From positions 1 to 56,229 of the forward strand of contig QPMI01000330.1 in assembly GCA_004431415.1 (NCBI GenBank): a stretch of 56,229 bases of DNA. Reading direction: 5' to 3'. Position numbers and translations under genes: made by a program. The DNA comes from Cyanophora paradoxa CCMP329. Lineage: Eukaryota; Plantae; Glaucophyta. The notes beneath the pieces were generated by a model that worked only from the letters and a program-made list of their open reading frames with translations, was not told where the DNA came from and ran no database searches. Shown here one piece after another: positions 48,361-56,229 of this stretch (its first letter is position 1; each line of letters starts with the position of its first letter).

Positions 48361-48869
48361 TAGCCTAGCGAGTTGACGTCCGACTGTCGGCCTTACGCGT
48401 TAAACCGTTAACGTTGAACGTTGCGATCGCGCTCTCAGATCTCTAGAGTCTAGGCTCCTTGCCCAAACAGCTGCAGGTGCTCCGATATTGATCCCGTGAT
48501 CATGATCATGATCCGGCGCGCTAGCGCTTCTAATCGGATTCGCATGACAGAAATCGAACGATCGCGGCCGTATACAATCTATCTGGTACGCGAGACCGAT
48601 GTCTGCAACTGATTATAATGTCGTACGATCGATCGCGATACTATGGTACCGATCCGGGATCCGATGATCAGCAGCATGGCTGGTCAGAAGCGGTTTAGGT
48701 CTGGCCATGGGAGCTCGAGTACTGATCATGGTCGACGTCATGACGCCGACATCGATTTTGCGGATCGCCCGGATGCGGACGCTCCGGTGCGCGCGCGCAT
48801 GCGCGAGGGGTGCCTAAGACCGTGCCTTGTCCCCGATTCCGCGTCATGATCATGATCATGATCATGAAC

Positions 48870-50034
48870 ATGAACAGCGCCTGGGCCCCAACCTGCAGGC
48901 GCCGGTGCCGCGGACGCACTCAGAGGAGGAGAGGCAGCTCATCACGGCCATAAACCAGAGCGGGGTGCGAGAGTCCCCATGGCGCCGGCGAGGCCCGGCC
49001 CGGCGCGGCGGGGCGGGCCGGGGCTGCGCACCGCTCAACTTAACTCGAGGTCCGCGGATCCCTGCAGGTCGATCCCTGCACGCGCGTGGGCACCACCCTG
49101 CGGGCCCCGGCGGCGCGAACCGTCTCTGAGGAGGCCAGGCACATCGAGAAGGCCAAGCTCGAGAGCGAGGAGCCGGAGCCGAAATCAGAGCCGGAGCCGG
49201 TACACGAGGTACACCTCGAGCTCGGCCACGGCCCCCTATATATATTATAATATATAATTATAATACTTATATCATAGTATATCATTAATACTTGTTGGCC
49301 CCGTCGTCATGCTTAAGCTCCCCCCCGGCCCGCATGCATGGCCATCGCCCACCACTCCCTTACCCCCCCCCCCCCCATTGCATCCACCCCCTCCCCCTCC
49401 CCCCCCCTCCCCCCCGCTACCGGCTTCAACCGACCGGACCCCGATGCAGGACGTTCCCTCCACCGCGAGCTCGAGCGAGCCGCATGCGCAGGTCAACGTT
49501 AACACCGGACTCGAGCCGGCGCCGGTGCTGGAGCCGGCTCCAACGGTCGTGCAAGAGGTCCGTCTTGGCCCAGCCTTCCTACGTGAAAACCCCATGCATG
49601 TGCTCATGCAAGACCGAACCCCCCTCGTCGTCCAGCTCGTGATCTCGTTGACCCCGCCGATGAATGCGGAGCGGCAGGCAGCGCCTGCGCCTGATCGTGA
49701 AGACCGTCGACGTCGCCCCGGCTCCATGCGCGTGCAGGACGTCGGCCCTGAGGACGACGGCGATGGCGAGCGCGAGGCCAAGCGGATCAAGAACGAGATC
49801 GAGTACATCAAAGGATTTGAGGAGGCGGGGCGCTTCCCCCCTGCACGGCCCGGCAGCGAGGAGGAGCGCATGGACCGCGCCCGCGAACAGAGCCTCCGCG
49901 ACGTGCGCATGCCGCCCAGCTGGCCTAGCCTTCTTCCCCTGATTTCTAGATCTGACGACGTGTACATGTTCCCTGCAGCTGCAGCTGCAAGCCGCCAGCT
50001 CGAGCTCCCGTGCCGCCTAGGCTTAATTATATAA
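48870..50034 (+). pseudogene. Degraded gene remnant with three UIM-like motifs
   Basis: SEEERQLITAINQSG, SEEARHIEKAKLESE and SEEERMDRAREQSLR resemble ubiquitin-interacting motifs. One host-style intron remains (about 48965-49067). An AT-rich palindromic block at about 49237-49290 interrupts the frame. Confidence 0.4.
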
Positions 50035-50475
50035 GCTCATGCATCTGATCAAGCTTTTAAGACTGTCCGGGCCTATAGCTAGGCGCCCGGCTCAACGGCT
50101 TTTCAATATACGTATATATAGATATATTTCGATAGGATCGGAGTGTATATATACGCGTAAGTTTACGTTTTCGAATTCGAATTCCACGTATTCTGAGTTC
50201 TTTCTCATTGATGTATCCGGTAAAATGTATGCGCATAAATACCGTAGTACGTAGGCCGAGAATATGTGTCTCTTCATGATCATGATCGGGCCCCATGGCC
50301 AGATTTAATCTAGATCGACTTTCTCAAGGCTTGGCAGGGTATAGGAGCTCGATTACCGCTGCGTTTTTCAGAATTTGCCAAGTTGACGTTGACTTCGTTT
50401 TTTAACTTGTTGCTGTACATGTTGCCTTCGATCCGGGTCCATTCGGCCTAGATTAATATCGTATACATGCATTTA

Positions 50476-51731
50476 TTGGGGAAGGGTAAAACACTTCCCC
50501 TGTCCCTGTCCCTCGGGCCCAACCCCACCCCAAATCCCAATTCCCCGACCTCCTCAAAACCCGGGCCGCGCGGTATATCCTGAAAGCCCGTCCCCAGGGG
50601 ACCCCGAAACCGTGTCTCCCGGTCCCGTCCGACCAAATGGTGATCCAGGAACGGGCACCAACACCCGGGACAAAAATGGGTCCAGCGACGCACAGGGAGC
50701 AGATATATGGGCCAGACCAATTCGAGGTCGTTGCGCGCATTACGCCCGACATTCCCTACTGCGAGAGCGAGGCCGGGCGCGATCGCGGTCGCGTAAGAGG
50801 ACGTCGCGCGCGCTAGCCAATCACATTGGAGAGTCCGTTAACTTACCCTGCGGAAAGTCTTTTTACGGACCCCCCGTGCCACTTCCTCCCCCGCCACCGG
50901 CCCCGCCCGGCCGCTTTCTCCCCGGGCGCCGCAGCTCGGCTCGGATCAACAATGGCTACGCCTCTCGCGCGCGCGGCAGTTTGCTGTGGCTCAGCGGCTG
51001 GGTTGCGGCCGGCCGCAAGCCGGCCGCACTTGGCCGGCGCCGGGCGCCCGGCTATGCCACGTGGACTTGCAACAAGCCGACGCCCGTGCGGCGCGCGCGC
51101 CGCGCGACGCGGAGCCCCCGCGCGCGCGAGATATCGATGCGCATGCCTGCTGCAGCCGCTGATCATGAGCTGGCCCGCTGCGCAAGCGCCCTTACGGACC
51201 CTAGGCCTCCGGCCGCGGCCGCTTTCTGATCATGAGCGGAGCGGGAGCTTGAGCAGCGTCCCCGCGCTCGCGCGCGCGCGCCCAGATCGCGCGGAGGCCC
51301 AGCTGCCAGGCCAGGCCTAGGCCAGCCCCGGCGCCGGCCCTAGGCCTAGGTACCTAGGCCAGCCGGCGCCGCGCGCCTCCGCGCCACGCCGTGACGCACC
51401 CGCAGCACATGTGCACTCGTGCAGGTCGCGGGGGATGCGCAGGAGCTCCAGCACGTCCACATGTACACAATTGCAAGGTTCAATTTGCGCTAGGCCCTGA
51501 GGCCTAGGCCTACCTCTAGAGGACAGCTCGCCTCGATCGCGAGGACAGCTCGCCTGGCATGGCCAGCCTAGCTCGGAGCCGGCCCGGCGGGTCGCCCGGC
51601 CACCGCGCGCCTTCTTAAGCTTATAATTAAGCTTAAGTCCCTGCTCTCTGCATCTAGATCTTCGGATTCGCCAAAGTTAAATGCCCTTCCCCGGACCCAA
51701 CTGACGCGCGCGGCAAGTCAGTGGCCCTTTT
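50476..51731 (+). mobile_element. Non-autonomous Helentron/Helitron2-like element 1
   Basis: 5' end: TT-GGGGAAGGG (50478-50486) with local hairpin partner CTTCCCC (50494-50500). 3' end: subterminal CCCTTCCCC (51684-51692), hairpin ACTGAC-N11-GTCAGT (51700-51722), GGCCC, TTTT. The first ~350 bp are homologous to element 2. Confidence 0.75.
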
Positions 51732-52089
51732 ATATGTATAATTAACGTACGTATACGTAGACATATGTTGGATTCGGCTTGGGCTTCAATTAATTCATGA
51801 TCATGCTGAATGATTAACGCCAACGTCACCGCGCGCGTGCCAATTGCAATGCGTACGATTGTCGCCAACGACACCGCGTGCATGCTGGATTTGTTTCTCT
51901 CCGCATTTCTCAGTCTCGAAGTTTGCAACTGCCTGGGTGTGTATACGTACCGGTACCGTATACGTAGTACATGTAAGCCTTGAAGTAACATTGAACAGGA
52001 CAGGTACATGCAATTAATATTCGGCCGCCCCGGGCTAGGCTCCTCAGGACAGCGCTAGCGCTAGCAGAGCTCGAATTAACGTTGCTTAA

Positions 52090-54147
52090 TTGGGGAAGGG
52101 AAAATCACTTCCCCTGTCCCTCTCCTTAGGGCCCAACCCTACCCCAAATCCCATTTCCCCGACCTCCGCAAAACCCGGGCCGCGCGGTACATCCTGAAAG
52201 CGCATCCCAAGGGGATCCCGAAACCATGTCTCCCGGTCCCGTCCGACCAAAGGGTGATCCAGGAACGGGCACCAACTCCCGGGACAAAAACGGGTCCAGC
52301 GACGCACAGGGAGCAGATATACGGGCCAGACCAGTTCAAGGTCAATGCTTGCATTATGCCCGACATTCCGTACTCTGGGAGCAAGGCCGGGCGAGAGCGC
52401 TGTAGCCCAGGAGGACGCCGCGCGCGCTAGCCAATCACGTTGCAGAGTCAGAAACGCTCTGCAGAAACCTCTTCGAGTACCCCAGCAAGTCGCGCGGGAA
52501 ATGCTGTCGAGCAGCGCGCTAGCGCGCTGGGAGGACGCCCGCGAGGCAGCGGGGGTGCACAGCCGCCTCCGAGCATCGCCATCGGAGTCGACATCGAGCC
52601 TGCCAGCCAAACTTGCGGCAAGCCTGGGTGCGGCGGCTCCAGGCGCCAGTACGGCGGCAAGTGTCTGCATTGCGGGCGCCACTTGTGCACGCGGGAGGCA
52701 CTGTACGAGCACGTGCCTCCATGTATAGCCGCCCGAGCTGCCGGCGCAGGGCTAGCAGGCGCACACACGTTCGGGGAGCGACCGGACTGCGGCGCGTGCC
52801 AGCAGAAGAGCAAGGCAGCTCGCAGCACGGACGTCTGGGGTTGCGATCTCTGTGCGGCGCACTACGTCAGCTTTGCTCCTTCGAAGGTGCGAAGGCACCA
52901 AGGAGGCGCATCGTGCAAGCAGAATCGCGTTCTCGGTGCGCGTCACTCAGCGTTCTAAGTTTGCGCCCAGCCTTAAGCACCGGCCTCGCGATCCGTGACA
53001 GATGTACGGGATCAGGAGAACAGCGCCGCGCGCAGCGAAGCCGCGCCTCAGGCTACCCGTACGCGTGGGACCGGTGCGCATGCGCCAGGCGTACGTGCCC
53101 ATGCGACGCCAGCTCAGAACGCTGGATCGCAGAGCACGCGCAGCCGGCTATTGCTGGGCCGCCTCCGCCTGCTGGCAGTCACAACCTCGCCTCGCGGCGC
53201 GGCTGCAATCGCTGCACGGACAAGCAGCTGCAAGCGGCGGTCGGTGCGAACGTTTGGGGCTGCGACTTCTTCCCACCCCTCTCCCGCTTCCGCTTGCTTT
53301 CGTGCGCTCACTGCCGTCCGCGCAGGAACGGCACGGCCACCCTGGAGTCCGGCCGCGAGTCCTGCCTGCTGATGCCGGCCCCGCCTGCCCCGGTTGCGGC
53401 CCCGCCTGCGCCGCAGCTGCCCGAGAACGACGACGAGTGCGTCCCTCCTTATTGCTCCCGGATGCTCCATCGCTCCTCAATCCCAGCCCGCAGGGAGACG
53501 CCGAAGCGTCGCTCTGGTGGCCGCCAGGCCGTCGTGGTCTCCTCGGACGAGTCCGACAACGCCTCCGCCTCCGGGTCCGCCCCTCCGTCTCCTTCCCCGC
53601 CCCACCTTCCCCCCCCTCCCCCCCCTCCCCCCCCTCCCCCACCCCCCCCTTTCCCCCACCCCTCCTCCCTTTCCTTACCCGCTCTGCCCTCAGGGACGAC
53701 CCCATCGAGGTATCCTCAGACGAGGAGGGGGCAGCGCCCGAGCTCGACGCCGCCGAGGCGCCGGCCGTGAAGCCGGCCTCCGCCCCAAAGAAGGCCACCG
53801 GCATGAAGGGCCTCATGGCCCTCGCTGCGCCCCGCCTCCTCGGCACCAAGGCCGCGCGCCTCCTGGGCGCCGGCGTCTCCAAGGGCAAGAGCAAGGGCGC
53901 CAAGTCCATCAGGAAGCCCAAGGGCGGGAAGAGCACCAAGGGCGGGAAGAAGACCAAGGCCGTGTAGTGACTAGGCAGTGCCGCCCGGGGCTGCAGCCCC
54001 GCCGCCCCTTCTGTGCGAGTCTTGTGCGCACTGCCAATGCCAAGAGCTCTTGGTGCTTCCTCCCACGTGCCGCAGAACCGCACGTGAACATGATCAATTT
54101 CCCTTCCCCGGACCCAACTGACGCGCGCGGCAAGTCAGTGGCTCTTT
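52090..54147 (+). mobile_element. Non-autonomous Helentron/Helitron2-like element 2 carrying a Zn-finger gene
   Basis: 5' end: TT-GGGGAAGGGAAA (52092-52103). 3' end: TTTCCCTTCCCC (54098-54109), the same ACTGAC..GTCAGT hairpin, GGCTC, TTT. No Rep/helicase motifs inside. Confidence 0.75.
52440..53967 (+). pseudogene. Spliced Cys/His-rich cargo gene (internally deleted) with SIM-like motifs and Lys-rich tail
   Basis: CGKPGC...CLHC..HLC....EH...C, then two copies of H-x6-CxxC-x~11-VWGCD. Introns 52936-53001 and 53074-53132 keep the frame. An orphan acceptor near 53325 implies a deletion. VVVSSDESD, PIEVSSDEE and KKTKAV* end at 53967. No in-frame ATG was found. Confidence 0.55.
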
Positions 54148-54547
54148 ATATAACTTCGTGTCTTAAGCTTTTTCTTCGTACCTCTTTGCTGCATGCAGTA
54201 CGAATACGCGCCGACCGCCTTCCGAAGTTCGCGATTTCGAGTGACTCGCGTCGCGATATCGATCGATATCGTGTTGTTGCGTCCGGATCCGGAGTACTAG
54301 TACCAGTAAGGCCGGGAGCCCCGATTGCACATATATAAATATATAACATCTACATTAGAATCTATAATTATAACACATGCACGTTTCAGCTGGCTGCAGC
54401 TGGGCCGACACGATCGTGAGCATGCGCAGTAGACCAAAAGGCGGGTAGGTGCGGCGGGCGCGCGGCGTGCCCGGGGCCGGGGCCGGGGGTGGCAGGCCCC
54501 CCGCTACCCCCCCCCCCCCCCCCCCCCCCCCCGCCCTTCGGACCCCG

Positions 54548-55234
54548 CTAGTAGTCTGCGACGGAGAGACCAGAGTGGCGGGCCCAGGCGGCGAGGGCGC
54601 GCCCGTGGAGGCACTCGTCCACCCGCTCCACCACCTGCCCAGAGGCGCGCCTCAGAGACGCGGCGAGGGGCACATCCCCCCCGTCTAGACCCGAACCCCT
54701 CCCTTGTAAATCGATGCTCGACCGGAGCTCTAAAGCGCAAGAAGCCGCCGGGGCGGGCCCTCTGGAACTCGGGGAAGGAGACGCGGCCGTCGCGGTCGGT
54801 GTCGGCGTGGCGCAGCAGCGAGGCCACCTCCCGCTCCAGCGCCCGCTCGTAGTTCTCCTGCGAGACGTTGCATCGACGTTGGGCCGAGGAGGCGGCCGCG
54901 AGTGCAGGCTCGGGTCTTCGATTCGTCCCAAGAGAGACGGGCTCTGATTTGATCTGGGGGGCGGGGGCGGACCTGGGAGACGTGCCAGGGCCCCCAGGGC
55001 GAGGCCTGCATGTGGCGCGGCGCCATATGCCGCAGCGCCGCCAGGATCTCGTCCCGCGTCAGGTGCCCGCTCCTGACGGGAGCGCCAGCGGGTCAGAGAT
55101 GTTGCAGGCTATATCGAGAGACAGAGCCAATGAATTCGATCGCACTTGTTGCGGTCCAGCAGCTCGAACGCCGCGCGCTGCTCCTTCCTGCGGACGGGCG
55201 TCGGGGATGGGGGCGGTGTGGGGAGCGGGGAGGT

Positions 55235-55270
<36 letters not shown>

Positions 55271-56229
55271 GGGTAGGGGCAGGGGGGGGTACCGGGTAAC
55301 GAGGTCAGCGAGGCGGTGGGCGACGGAGGCGCCCTCCTCGCGCGAGAGGGACCCGTCCCTGTCCCTGTCCGCCTCCCGCATCATCCCCGCCACCTGCCCC
55401 GCCCCCGCTCACCAGGGCGAGGCGGAGGGGGGGGAGGCAGGGGGGTACCGCCTCGTCGAGGAAGGCGGCGTACTCGTCCTCGTCCATGCGGCGGCCGTCC
55501 CCGCCCAGCGGGCCCTGCGCGCGCGCCGCCTCAGCCTCGGCGAGCTAGAGGCCGGGCCCGCCGAGCTGCGGAAGGCGGCGGGGCGCGGGGGCGGGGGCGG
55601 GGGGGCACCAGGGGGTGTGCCGCCATGAAGGCGTCCCGCAGCTCCGACGGCACCAGCCGCCCGTCCCGGTCTGCCCGCCCCGCCCTCAGCTCCCAGGCGC
55701 GCGCGCGCGCGGCGGCGCTGAAGGGGCGCCGCGCACTGGCATCGATGGCGTCGAAGGCTGCGCGGGCGAGGCGCCGCGCCCGCCGCTCGGGCTCCCCCGC
55801 CCGGTACGCCCGCCGGAACCTGCCCCCGCGCCCCGTTCAGCGCTCGACATCTCAGAATCGAATCTGAGCGCTTTTATTGCCGGAAGGCAGGATGCTGAAG
55901 GGGCGCGCTTCTCCATGTAGAAGTAGGTGATCATGCGGTCGGGCCTGCGCTCCAAGGCCGGAGGCGCCGAGCTCAGGAGCGCAAAGGCGGGAATTCGGGG
56001 GCGGGGCGGGCGGGCGGGGCGGGCAGGGGCGGACGCGGCGACGCAGACGGAGGTGAGGACGCCGGCCCAGAGGGCCCCCGGTCCCCCCTCCCGCAGCAGC
56101 TTCCCCAGCTGCCCGAATAAGGGTGACCGTGAGGCGAGGGCGAGGGAGGGGGGGGGAGGGGGGGGGCGGAAGGGCGGTGGGGGCGGGCGGGTGGGCACCT
56201 CCTGCAGGAAAGCCGCCGGAACTCGAATC
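54548..56229 (-). CDS. Multi-EF-hand calcium-binding protein, 5'-partial (upstream part possibly mitochondrial-carrier-like)
   Basis: EF loops DRDGRLVPSEL, DRDRDGSLSREE, DRNK.GHLTRDE and DTDRDGRVSFPEF. Upstream LGKLLREGGPGALWAG resembles a carrier repeat. TAG at 54548. The gene continues beyond the window. Confidence 0.65.

Noticed and set aside
51693-51731. Hairpin plus TTTT as an intrinsic (rho-independent) terminator
   Set aside because: The DNA is eukaryotic and the motif recurs as the 3' end of both mobile elements.
50476-54147. MITE or cut-and-paste DNA transposon interpretation
   Set aside because: The 3' inverted repeat is about 35 bp inside the conserved end and is followed by a hairpin, and there is no TSD beyond T runs.
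1-56229. tRNA, rRNA or snRNA genes
   Set aside because: I recognised no cloverleaf or rRNA-like segment by eye. A covariance-model scan (tRNAscan-SE, Infernal) was not possible.

Overview
Very GC-rich eukaryotic nuclear DNA with many short (about 45-110 nt) spliceosomal introns. The six-frame ORF track is therefore mostly shadow frames, and I built gene models by hand from splice sites. Plastid transit peptides with an early Phe (MATVGF, MQAF, MRQTSF) together with flagellar-type genes suggest a flagellated archaeplastid alga, most plausibly a glaucophyte such as Cyanophora (inference). About 19 host genes are present, mostly as tight head-to-head pairs: DUF3082, a cyclin-Q-like cyclin, a TPR protein, a giant coiled-coil/EF-hand protein, a bacterial-like DUF, a BART-domain protein with two alternative last exons, a plastid SET/LSMT-like protein, a J-domain/chromodomain protein, RPH1, a divergent cytochrome c, a FAM166-like protein, CSN3, a putative glycosyltransferase, SKA3, a membrane protein, an MS5/TDM1-like TPR protein with an RRM-like insert, an F-box protein, a C2/IQ/SAH protein and a 5'-partial EF-hand protein. 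The mobile DNA comprises (i) a DIRS-order (Ngaro/PAT-type) split-direct-repeat retroelement that keeps an intact RT-RNase H frame but has no gag or tyrosine recombinase, and (ii) two adjacent non-autonomous Helentron/Helitron2-like elements, one carrying a spliced Zn-finger/SIM gene. Genome-level oddities are a nucleosome-scale C-to-G skew oscillation that shapes both introns and synonymous codons, frequent GC-AG introns, and decayed intergenic DNA with X-X'-X micro-palindrome insertions. Family assignments come from recalled motifs, not database searches.
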